Shown: in pieces, positions 50,284 through 62,471 of the stretch
Layout of the letters: each line of letters starts with the position of its first letter
How positions within the stretch are numbered: position 1 is the stretch's first letter
Origin: Sphaerodactylus townsendi
Lineage: Eukaryota
Direction: 5' to 3'
Assembly: GCF_021028975.2 (NCBI RefSeq)
Contig: NC_059427.1
Span: forward strand, 107,012,001-107,076,000
DNA length: 64,000 bases
The notes under the pieces: generated by a model
Told to the model about the DNA's origin: nothing
Seen by the model: only the letters and a program-made list of their open reading frames with translations
Database searches by the model: none
Made by a program: the position numbers and the translations under genes

Positions 50284-53200
50284 AGAATCTAAAAGTAATG
50301 CTTCAACATTTCAGTCAGACCCCCCCCCCCCCCGCCCACGTGACCAGCCAGTGTGCGCCCAGGGACATGTGACCCCACATGTCCCCGTGAGCGCTTCACC
50401 TCTGGTAACATCACATTTACTAGGCAGACTGTGTTTATGGAGTGGTTTGCCATTGCTTTCCCCAATGGTCTGCACTTTACCCCCAACAAGCTGGGTCCTA
50501 ATTTTACCAATCTTGCAAGGATAACCTGAGGTTTATTGCAGTGAATATGTCACAACGGTAGGGCTAGGTGAATCCAGAAGAGAAATTTGTCCTCCAAACA
50601 AATGATGTGAATTCTTCCACGGAAGGCCAAGGATTAACCAAATATGCCATTTTTGAATATAAGTACAGACTGATGCCATTTTAAAAGTTTTAGTAATATG
50701 AGATGCATGTATTAGTGAAACTATTCATCCCTCCCAAACCTGTTGTTCTTTTTCTTCAAAATAAGCTCAGATTAATTCAGTAGAACTTACTTTTAAATAA
50801 GTGCATTTAAGACTGTGGACTAAGGTTAGAAAATTTTCCTTTCATCCTTCCATGCTGCTGGGATGGGAGAGAGGGATGACAGTGAGAGCTACTTGAGACT
50901 AAAAGGAAGCCCTTACACCCCCGGCGAAAGTGCCTTTTTTTAATGTTGTTTTGCCTTCCTCCCTTTCATAGACATTCTCTCGATGTGGCAAATGGAGGCT
51001 GATGTAGTACTGGGTAACTTTCAGAGAACCAGATTTAATCAGGGGGCATCAATTGTCAAAATCTACCATTTTTGAGCCTGTTCTGCAGCCATGCACTTTA
51101 TACTTTCATTTGGGTTTTCTTTTTGAGGTCTTCAGCCATCCTTCTCCAGCCATGAGTGGGGGCATCATTTGTACCTGGGTGGTTGGGAGGAACAAGGATA
51201 ACATTCGAGCCCTTCGGGGAAGAGGCGGCCTAGAAATCTAAAATATAAATAAATAAATAAACATTGGTAACTAGTGCCAGCACTAGCTGTTAGCCAGTAA
51301 GCTCTCAGGCAGCTTCCTGCTGCCTATCCCAGAGGTAAGCCCAACAGGGGCACACAGTCAGGAGGGCTGCAAGTGTCTTTCTGGTTAAAAACAAAACCAG
51401 ACCTCCGAGTCGTACCCCATCCTTGAGAGGGTTATTTTCTATATGGCTTCTTGCCCATTACTATTACTGCAGGGGCACTCTGGTTAACAGGATCAGGAAG
51501 GAATTTTACCCAGAGCTTATTGACAGATAGGCTCTTGGGTTTTTCCTTCTCAATAGCTAGAGAATATATTAGCGTGAATGCTTGTTTGCAGTTAAAAAGG
51601 TGATGACAATCGCAACTAGCAGCTGGCATTTAGGCATTGGCTGGGGAATATAGTCCAGGTTGTACAGGGTGAGATGCCTGCATGATTACAAGTGGTGTCC
51701 CCTTAAGGAGCTCTGGTGCAGGGGGCATGGCACAAGAAAGTCAACGTCAGGGCTGAACCACTGGCCATGTCCTCAGGAGGAGACTGATGGCTAGGAATAG
51801 TGGCTTCTACTGCTTCAAGCTTTAATGCCAACCCTCTGCCCTCAGTAACCCCAACAGGAGGGTTTGGAAAGGTGTTGACAGCAGATGTGCTGTCAGCTTC
51901 ACTCAGTGTTCCCTGTCTGTGCTGCACCAAGAGCTGAGGAACCTGTAATCAATACAATTGTAGCTGATTCTGCTCAGCACATGTCTGTGTCATCTTTCTC
52001 TCTGCCCCCATGGGCTGGTCCCCACTCCAGGCACAATAATTCTTCCTTCATGTTTAATTGAACTATCTCTCATTGTATCCATCAGAGGATATGGAATATA
52101 TAGCAACCTTACTGAAGATAAGCAGGCATTCTTCCAATTTGTGCCAGGATGGGAGACACTGACTAAGGGACTTTGATGGCTTTCAAAGTCTCTTAAATTC
52201 TGATATTGCAGCTCTAAATAAGTTTAAGTATTGTCCTTTTTGTGCATTCCTTATGTGCACTCAAGCAACTTTGTCATACTTTTCCATACATTAGGATTAC
52301 CTCTGAAACCATGAACATACCTTGCTTTTTTAACCTGGAGATGTTTATTCCTGGATCTGTATGATTTTAACACAAATTATACTTCTTATGTCATAAAGAC
52401 TATGAATGCTGAATTCCCTGAACTTACATGTCTGAAGGAGGCCCTAATCCATGAAAGATTATGCTGAAGTAAAGTGCCACAATATTCCTGTTTATTTTTT
52501 CTACAAGAGGTTAGTATGGCTACTCCATACATAATTACATAATCATACAGGATTCAGAGCAGAAACACCAAGCATTTTTCTTGTAGTGTGACTGTGCCCA
52601 AAACTTGTGGTTTTTTTAGGTGATAGAATATCAAAATGCTACAGAAAAGATCTATTTACTCCAACATTCTGTTTGCAACAGTGGCACGTAAACAATAAAG
52701 CAGTTTCTTTCATTGGCTATAAAAAAAAAGAGCAATCCTTATCAACAGTCTGTATGCCATTTTTAATTTTATAAACTTAATTTTATAAACTTAATTTTAT
52801 AAACCTCATAGTACTTTTTGTTTTTGTAAACCAGTATCCCCCAGATGCTTTATCCTTTTCTTTTAATAAGGAAGGTCCCTCAGTCTGTGGATTGTTTCAA
52901 TTCCTTTTTATTTAGTAGTTTCACCTTAATTCTGGGACTGTAAAGAGAAAATGTTTGTTAAGGTAGAATATCTGACCTTTGTAAGGTTAACCGGTCCCCT
53001 TCTAGTGTGGAGATAAGGTTGTAAGCTCCAGGTTGAGAAACTCCTGGAGATGTGGCAGTAGAACCCAGGGAGGACAGATATTTTTCTAAGCCATTGATTA
53101 GGCCATTTTCCTTTCTTGGTAATTGCTCTGACTGCTTCTGACTCCCTAGTATCTCAGGCACAGGTGATCAGTTCTCTACTTCCTCCCTTCTCTTTGACCC

Positions 53201-53458
53201 CTTCAGCCTCTACAGCTCAACACACACTCTTATCCACTGTTCGCTATGGCAATTACATGATAAATGAAAATTTGCCCATACAGTATGAATAAGTAAACAA
53301 AACTGGTTTAATATTATCCGTAATGCACAATTTGCAAATGAAATACATTGGTGGTTTGGTGGCGGATGATTGTAAGCAAGCTGCACAATATCATCTTCTG
53401 CAGCTGCAACATCATGCAATCTTCTGGTGTGAAGTTGTCCTAGTGTGACTCTTCTGGG

Positions 53459-54325
53459 CCATCATTCCAGTTTTAGAACAGTTTGTCTGGTTCTAGGGGT
53501 TATCATTCCAATTGCTTACCATTTCTACTACTCCCAGGGACTGTCATTCCATTCTGGGAGCTGTCATTCCAGGCCCCAGGGTAGTTTATCTAGTTCCTGA
53601 GAATGTTGTTCCAGTCTCAAAGCAGTTTATTTGGTTCCAGGGGTAGTCATTCTACTCTGGGGCCTTTCATTCCAGTCCCAGTGCAGGCTATCTGATTTCA
53701 GGGGTTGTCATTCCACTCTGGGACCTGTCATTCCAGTCACAAAGCACATGCTACTCCTAGGGACCATCATTCCATTCTGAAGGCTGTCATTCCAGTTCTA
53801 GAACACTTGTGCTACTCCTAGAGACTGTCATTCCAGGCCCAGAGAGGTTTATCTGGTTCATGGGGCTGTAATTCTAGTCTCAAATAATGTATGCTACTCC
53901 CAGGGATTGTCATTCTACTGAATGTGGGGGAGCTGTCAGTCCAGGCCAAGAGCACTTACTCCCAGGCACCATCATTCTACTTGGGAGGGCTGTTTTACAG
54001 ACCCTTCCCCTAGGAGTTATCATTCCATTCTGGAGGCTGCCATTCTAAGCCCATAATAGTTTATCTGGTTCGGGGGACTGTTATTCCACTCTAGAGACTG
54101 TCATTCTAGTCACAGGACACTTATGCTACTCCCAGGGACTGTCATCCAATTGTGGAGGCAGTCAGTCCAGGCCCAGAGTTTCTTATTTGGTTCCAGGGGA
54201 CTCCCATTCCATTCTGGAGATTGTCATTGCAGTCATTTGACACTATTCCCAGAGGCCATCATTCCATTCCTGGGGGTGAGATGTCATTCTTGCCGCAAAG
54301 CAGTCTATCTGGTTCCAGAAACCAT
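53459..54325. repeat. Degenerate higher-order tandem array of 20-bp and ~41-bp monomers (core CTGTCATTCCA)
   Basis: About 14 exact CATTCC, e.g. at 53463, 53504, 53545, 53565, 53668, 53709, 53729, 53768, 53788 and 53829. Spacings are mostly 20 and ~41 bp. Confidence 0.9.
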
Positions 54326-54899
54326 CGCTCTTCATCTAGTCCACATTTTCATTGCAACTCTTGGGTGCTGTGATGTATTTCAATGGAGCCCATGGAAGTG
54401 AGTTGGCATTCCTGACTCCCATTGTATCCAACTGTCTCCCATCAACTCCATTGTTCCCAACGGGCATTCCCGTCATTCGTGTTTGTAAGCCCCCGGCTGG
54501 CGCAGGTGCTCGGCCGCAATAGCCTCCCTGCTCTTTTCTCGCTAGCTGCTTTGGCGCGAGGGTGGCTGCGGTTCACCTGGGTGAGTGCAGGACCTGGTTT
54601 CCAGCCCCGGGAAGAAAAGCAAAGGCAGGTCGGGGTGAGGAACGCCTGTCACGGTCTATGTGTGCGGAATGACTAAACGTTTACTGAACAGCTCTCGGAG
54701 GCTTTCGGCGTCTCCTTCACAAGCACAGTTCACAGCTCTCTCCCTCTCTCGCCGCCGCTGCCCCTCCACCTCCCGCGGCTGGCAACACTTCCCCCGACTC
54801 GCCCTCCCCTCCTCCTTCTCCCCTGCAGCGAATTAAAATATTTCGTTGCTTAATTGAAGAATCCAAGTGTTTCTGCCTAATCCCCCCCTTCCCAGTGCA

Positions 54900-55232
54900 A
54901 TCCCCGGCAAGGCGAGCACTTGAGCCCCGCACCCCGCATCCGTTCAATGAAGCAGCACAGATCCACGGCGGCTCCAAGTGGGTTTTTGCAGGACGAGAAG
55001 GAGGAGGAGGTGGTGGCGGCGGCGGCGGCGGCGGAGGAGGAGGAGGAGGAGGAAAAGAGGAGCTGGTAGCAGCAGCAGCAGCAGGCATCTTTGCAAGGAA
55101 GCCTTTCAGGGGCTCGGGCGGCTTCTGGGGATTTAAATGTCACTCAAAGCATTCCTAAATCACCTCGCTGCTCCTCTCTGGCTTCGGAGGCACTGAGTCG
55201 AGAGCCCCGAGCGTTGCATTTCTGCAGCCAAG
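54900..55232 (+). other. GABRB2: Probable non-coding first exon of GABRB2 (start approximate)
   Basis: Strong donor CAAG|GTAAGG at 55232/55233 inside the CpG island. Candidate acceptors lie upstream of the ATG (55900, 56079). The transcription start cannot be determined from sequence. Confidence 0.5.
55000..55053 (+). repeat. (GGA)3(GGT)2(GGC)6(GGA)7 triplet tract, with a short (GCA)n run just downstream
   Basis: Read directly from the sequence. Confidence 0.95.
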
Positions 55233-56136
55233 GTAAGGAGGCTTGCGAGTGCAAAATGCACCGCGGCAGCAGCATGGTCACTGACAGCTCAGAGCCTTTT
55301 CCAGGGTAACTTCCCCGCGTCGTCCTCCCCCACCCTTTCAGCATCTCCCCCTTACGGTGGTGGATTTAAGCACCGTCGCCCTCCCACCATGCCCCTTCTT
55401 TTCGGCCAGTTGATCACGTTAGGAAAAAGAAAGGAGGGGGGTTTCGCGGCCTTTCGGATCGGTTCCTTTGCATGCTGTGAAGGCTATGCTAGGTCCCACT
55501 TTTTATTCCGCTCCCCCGCCCCTGTAAAGGATCCTGAGGATCGCAGGAGCGATAACGTCATTTCGCGATCCTGAGCCCTCCATTTCTGAGTCCTGAAGCC
55601 CACCTTTTTTCTCCCCGAATAGTAGGCAACCCATCTGACCCCTTCCAAGAAACTCGTCATCAACTAACACCCCCCCCCCCTCACCGAAATGTTATAGGCT
55701 GAGCCCTTTCCAACCACCCCTTACAAACTCGGACCTCCCCCCCCCCTCCTTTCCTGATCACTTCGCCCACCATTTGCTATTCCCAAGGAGCAGGAAGACT
55801 GGAACACCCCCACCCCCCATGCACGCGCTGAATTCCCATTTTTAACCTATTTTCTTCTCTGTCGCTAATTCGATTTTGCACATTTCTCCCTTTAAACTAG
55901 GTTGCAAAAACTGCTGTCGCCTGCAACTCCCGAAACTTGCTCAGTTTCTGTAGTTCAGGCTGTATTACACCAAAGAACAACAAAAATATATTTAATCCTC
56001 TTGTGGATTACTTTTTTAAAAAAAATAATGTATTTCCTTCTTCCCCTTTAATTTCTTTCTTTTCATTTTTTTTGGCAAGGAAATTTGCTCCATCTCCAGC
56101 AGCAACCACTGCTCCTTTTGATGTTGTGGTACGCCG

Positions 56137-56147
56137 TGCGCATGCGC
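56137..56147. promoter_or_regulatory. NRF1 motif TGCGCATGCGC ~90 bp upstream of the ATG
   Basis: Near-perfect match to the NRF1 palindromic consensus. Confidence 0.65.
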
Positions 56148-56236
56148 TCCACATTAGAATTACTGCACTGGCTAGAATAAGTTGGATCTCCTGTTCTCTC
56201 CCACTGAAACCCTAAATCATATCAAAAGCTAAAGGG

Positions 56237-56313
56237 ATGCTGAGAGTCCGGAAAAAAGGTTGCTTTGGAATATGGTCGTTGCCCTTAATCATAACGGTGG
56301 TGTGTGCACAGAG
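56237..56313 (+). CDS. GABRB2: GABA-A receptor subunit beta-2, coding exon 1 (signal peptide)
   Basis: [25 protein letters not shown](S), compared with mammalian [26 protein letters not shown] recalled from memory. 77 nt; donor AG|GTAAGT. Confidence 0.95.
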
Positions 56314-56364
56314 GTAAGTGGCCAAGGCATCTCTCTCTCTCTTTTTCCTCCCCGTTCACTTTGA

Positions 56365-57310
<946 letters not shown>

Positions 57311-57364
57311 TTGGCCCTTGAGTTCCCCCCTCCCCCCTTTGTTGGTCCGAATAGTCAGACGTGA

Positions 57365-57493
<129 letters not shown>

Positions 57494-58103
57494 TGATTTC
57501 TTACCCTGTCCCCCTGCTCCTCCTTACTAGGATCTGTAGCATAAGCAGTATTCTAATGGGGAGGAAAGGGGGTGTCTGAGTAGTATTTTCTCTTGGCCCT
57601 TGAGCACCAACATGCCTTGGTCTCTGCAGGCAATTGGGCCATCCCTGCTCTCCAGACCAAATCCCTGCTTGTGTATTCCCTACTTTGGGGTTGTTTAGAG
57701 GCTAATCCTGCAGAGTAGCTCCTGAGGCATGAATTTAGAGCTTTCTGCATCTTTGGAATATGGGAAGTATTAGGAGCAAGTCGTTTTCTTTAAAAAATAA
57801 TCTCCCGTTTTTGGGCCATGACATTTTTTTTTATTGCGGGAGGGATTTAAATCCATGAAATGTTCCTTGATTTCAATGAGGTTATGAGGCCTCTTGTACA
57901 GCCAGGTAAATCAAATCTTGCTTTGGGATTAATATTTGGAACAAACGAATGTCTACAGGTTTTTCACATTATTTCTTGCAGGGTATTCAAAGCTGGTACG
58001 ATTTATGATAATCTTACTATTTAGCAGAGACCATTTCACACATACAGTTAACCCTATTGAGAGAATTAGGTGAACAATACTGGGCTCCTTTTACTTCATG
58101 CAA

Positions 58104-58136
58104 GAGCGCCCCCTGCTGACATCAGTGTGCACTGCA
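58104..58136 (-). promoter_or_regulatory. CTCF site with upstream (zinc finger 9-11) module
   Basis: Minus strand reads TGCAGTGCA-N5-ATGTCAGCAGGGGGCGCTC. Confidence 0.7.
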
Positions 58137-60431
58137 GCTCACAGACAGTATTTTACAGATCTGGCATCTCATTGTTTTGGGACAGTTTTGGTTGTGTTGG
58201 TTATTGTTAGAGTGAATGGGGACTGAAATTAGTTTTGCCCACTTAAATGGTTTCATTGTAATTTAATGACCTAGATTTTCAAATGGATTTTTAAACTATC
58301 ATATGGATATTTCATCTATTTTTGAGGTGTGCAGGCCTAGATATGAATGTAATATATCAGGAAGAGCCAGTAGAATCTGATCACGCTTTTTGTGGGAAAG
58401 TTTAGACATTTTTTAAAAATGATAATTGGAAAACCCATTTTAACATGTTGAGAAGTTGACCTTGCTGGGAAGTGTGGCCTTTTCCATAATATTGTAGCAG
58501 AAACAACCTTTCACATGGTAAACTTTTTAGGTCTTCACAAGCATCCGATTAATTCACCTAGTATTGCTAAAATGCAAAGGTATGAAATACGTTGGGAAAT
58601 CCACTTTTACATCTGCCACCTAGGGTACTGAGACAGTGAAGAAAATAGCAGCTAGGATTAACGTTGAGATTTGAAAGAAGTTCTTCACATGATTATAACC
58701 AAACTTCTTTTTTATCCTGTTTGCAAAGGGTTGTTAGCCTTATGTTCACTTGATCTTATTAAAGGGTGACCGATCTTGGCCTTAATGCATACACAAGGCC
58801 TAACAATGAAAACTGTGGACATTGATGTCCTGTTGAAAGTGACTAAAATTATATCTAAAACAAATTATAGTGACATGAAGTTTTGGACACTCAGTTTTAT
58901 TACTGACAAATGCAGTTCTACTACAAAATATTCTATTTATTATTGAAAAGTGTTACATCACGATTTTTCAGTGTATTTACTTTTGAGAAGGATGCTTGGG
59001 AAATTTGGCTAAGCAGTTCATTGGCCTATAAATCCACACCTTTAGTAATTGCTACATGAATTCAAAAAGCTATTTGATATTTCTTTTCCCTACAAAAATT
59101 GTAAATATGTTTCCCAAAACAGATAGAATATTCCATGGTATAAAAGAGCATTACTCATCCATTTTGAAATATCTGTGTTAATGTTAGATATCTTTTATTT
59201 CATTTATAAGGTGCTAATTGTATGTCTGAACCTGTCCTAAAAGAATTTCTATTGGCTTTGTTTTTTCTCTATATCTTACAAAAAACTTGCTGTGTGTACA
59301 AAATTTTATCCAATCCTATCTTGTTAATCAGAAGCATTAACTTTCATCCTTGTAGCTAAATTTAAACAACTTTTAAACATGTTTCTACTGGACTTAATTT
59401 TGTTCGGTATGTGTAGTAATCAAACAACCTATTTTAAATATTTATTGGATTTTAACATTGGCTTTTAGCTTCTTATTGCTGATATACTCATAAATCCAAA
59501 AATGTGAGGCAAGAAATTAAGAGTTCCTCCCCCTCCCTCCCCTTTGTACACGTATGCCAAATTACACTTGCATGGATATGCCTTTTGTCTGTGTGTATGT
59601 GTACATACTTGTTAATAACTTCACCTGGTTTTCTTGCTGGTTTTCCCGTTTTGTTTACAACAGACCCTCACTTTTCATGGGCCACCCCTTCCCAGGATCA
59701 GTGTAAGTGGCAAAATCCACAAATACTGGTAGGCAGGGCTTTGCTGCCTTCCAACAGTAAAAGAATCCTGGAAAATTTAATAATGTAATGATTATGCTGA
59801 TGGAGCAGTGGGAGTAAAAATGTGTCACATAATCAAATTGCAAACTGCAAGTAAGTAAAACCACGAGTCATGAATCTGAAAATGGTGAGGGTCTACTATT
59901 TTTTTTAACAGGCCTTACATGCCAGTAACATTAAAATGTGTCAAATTTAATCTCGATTTTACTACTGAACATTGTTGTTTACGTTGAGAAAAAGATCATC
60001 TCAACTGCATCCCAAGCTCTGAAAAATCATAAAAGAAACTGCAACTTTTGAATTGGAAGTTGTGAAGTTAGTTTGCGAACTTGTGCCAGTTATCATGATA
60101 AAGAATTCACAGATACTTGAGATTTTCTTCATGCAGAAGAACCATCTGAAATAGTGTATAAAGAAGAAGGATGAGAGCTTATATATAGTTTAGGTAAAAT
60201 GACAAGAAAACAAAACAGTGTTGATGTTATTTTAATTTTATCGGTAGGGTATGACTGATGATTTTAAAAGGTATAAAGATATATTTTTTGTTGCTGTCAA
60301 TCCAAGGAAATGTTTGCTGCAGTATCTTCAAATATAGACACAAAACACCAGTATGAGAGTAAACTACTTTATTAGTGGCATATCTACATCTTACACCACA
60401 ATCCAGGATGGGGGGGGGAGGGGGCATTATA

Positions 60432-60675
60432 CCTGTTTCCCCGAAAGTAAGACAATGTCTTATATTAATTTTTGCTCCCAAAGATGTGCTATGTCTTATT
60501 TTCAGGGGATATCTTATTTTTCCACTCCAGAGCTGCATGCTCTGGTCGACAGGAATGCTTCCAAACAAAAACTTTGCTACGTCTTACTTTTGGGGAATGC
60601 TTTACATTTAGCACTTCAGCAAAACTTCTACTACATCTTATTTTCAGGGGATGTCTTATTTTCAGGGAAACAGGG
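60432..60675. mobile_element. Tc1/mariner (Tigger-like) MITE
   Basis: TA|CCTGTTTCCCCGAAAGTAAGAC...GTCTTATTTTCAGGGAAACAGGG|TA. Inverted homologue of 21849-22646. Confidence 0.85.
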
Positions 60676-61726
60676 TAGGTGCTGCTGCACCCTCTCCACA
60701 GGGACTTTGGGTGGTGTGGAAAGGAGAGAAAGTTTAAATCCCTTCAGCAGCTTGAATCAACCCATTGAACAAGCAGTCTTACGCTGCAGGGCCAGGGTCA
60801 GCGTTCCTGGGCTGGAACAGCAGTGGAAGCCTACTAAAGTTGACTCCACCCCTGGGAACACTGTGCCCCCACCCCCAGCAGACTTGAGTTTGGCCAGATG
60901 TCAGTGTGGCTCCTCAGTGGCTCAGATTTCTGGGTTTGCCTTCAGTGGACCTCTGGGACAGCAGGATGCCAGTGTTTTTGCTTCCTTCACCGGCATGGGT
61001 GCCCCTTACATTGGCAAAGGGGGCAAGTTTGTTGGTGTGGCTCTCTGCTGCTCCTACAGCACAATCCCCTCCCCCCCGGGTCTGGATTGAGTTGCCCACC
61101 ATCTTTGAACTAGTGCAAGTTGCTGCTCACAAGCAGCCCACCATGGCTACCAGTGTTTTGTGCACAATCACCCTGCTGTAAAAATAGCCAGAATTACCAC
61201 TGGCTTTGTTTACCTTGCTTGTACATAAACTAGTGCCTCCCTCCCTCCATGTGCCAAAAGAGCAACTAAGGGCTGTGATGCTGCTCCTCTGCCACCAAAG
61301 GCATTTATTTTCCCAGCCCATTAGGCCAGTTGAGCCAGCTTGGGAACAAGGTTGCCTGGCAACTGGCAGAAGGATTCTGGGTAGGTGGGGGCATTGTCCC
61401 TGGAGAAAAAATTAAAAGAAAAATAAAGGCTTATCTGCTTACAGGACGTTCTTAACATAGGCATCCTGGCAATTCCTAGAACTAGTCAGAAGTGACAAAG
61501 AATAGCTCTAGGAATCACTGGAAACTCTGTGGGAAAACCGTATGTTCTATACCCTTTTCCACTGTAAGATCTAAGTGCAGTCAGTCGTGGTGTAGTGGAA
61601 GTGAAAGTACCATGTTTCTGCAGGGGAAAATAGTCCCAAATGTCTATGAGTATTAAAGAATCAATTTTAAGCACAGCTTTCGTCAAAACCATAATGTTGT
61701 GCACTATTAAACATCAGCAAAACTTG

Positions 61727-62471
61727 GCTCCCCTTCACCTCAGAGCTCTTACTTTCCTTTTTCTATCACCCGCCAATTTGTGTCAGCTTCAGGAGCCTCC
61801 ATGCTTCTTCCACCAGTTGCAGAATGTTCCAGGAGTTTCTTCTGCTTGCCACTCATCCAATGGCCATTTCAACATAAAAAGTTGATAAATAATTTCCTGG
61901 CAATCTCACACATGTCATTTTTTTCCTTTTTTGTTGTTTTGAATGAGATGCCTTCAAAGCTTCGCAGAGATCATATGAGAATTACAGTCATTTGGAGGGC
62001 TGGTCTACCTCCCATAAGAAGCAATGGATAGACCTGTTTCTGGAGAGGCCAGGTCTACCCATTACTTTCAATTGCAGATAGACCAGCTTTCTGAAGAGTA
62101 GGTCTATCCACAATTTAAAGTAATGGGTCTACCCATTGCTTCTTAATGGAAGGTAGGCCTGCCCTCCAAACAGCTGTGATTCTGAAATGGTGCTGTCAGA
62201 GCTACAGAGATCTCTCGCTAAAAAAAGAGACAAAATCGACATGTGCATGGGATTGCCAGGAACAACACACTTTATTCATCTACTTTTTACATTACAATGG
62301 CCATTGGATAAGCAGCAAGCAGAGGAAACTCCTGGGAACATTCTGCAAATGGTGGCAACAGCAGCACTGAGGCTAAATGGCACAAAATGACACAAAATGA
62401 CACAAAATGGCAAGCACAACAGAAAGGAAAGTAAGGAAAGTTAAGAGCTCCAAGGTGCGGGGGGGGGGAGC
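61727..62471. repeat. Long imperfect inverted repeat (fold-back element) with an inner hairpin
   Basis: ~61809-61891 pairs with ~62271-62355, and ~61991-62034 pairs with ~62126-62170. Inner stem CCATTACTTTCAATTGCAGATAGACC / GGTCTATCCACAATTTAAAGTAATGG. Confidence 0.9.

Larger units (their letters stand above)
54470..55650 (+). promoter_or_regulatory. GABRB2: CpG-island promoter of GABRB2
   Basis: Abrupt rise in CpG and GC content in non-transposon sequence, 0.6-1.8 kb upstream of the GABRB2 ATG. Confidence 0.8.

Noticed and set aside
53459-54325. CRISPR-like repeat/spacer appearance, or a repetitive coding sequence
   Set aside because: The linkers are homologous to each other and the core is only ~11 bp and degenerate. 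The context is vertebrate with no cas genes. Periods of 20, 41 and 61 bp are not multiples of 3.
1-54400. GABRA6 exons expected upstream on the minus strand
   Set aside because: I recognised no alpha-subunit peptide. The gene probably lies outside the window, although a very short exon could have been missed.
55264-55290. Possible REST/RE1 site (also half-sites at ~690 and ~47054)
   Set aside because: There are several mismatches at key positions, or only one half-site is present.
58614-58626. Second CTCF-like motif TGCCACCTAGGG
   Set aside because: Two mismatches at informative positions and no upstream module.
60353-61090. Longest ORF in the track (245 aa)
   Set aside because: It runs through a Tigger-like MITE and GC-rich repeat sequence, with no recognisable domain. 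Treated as a chance open frame.
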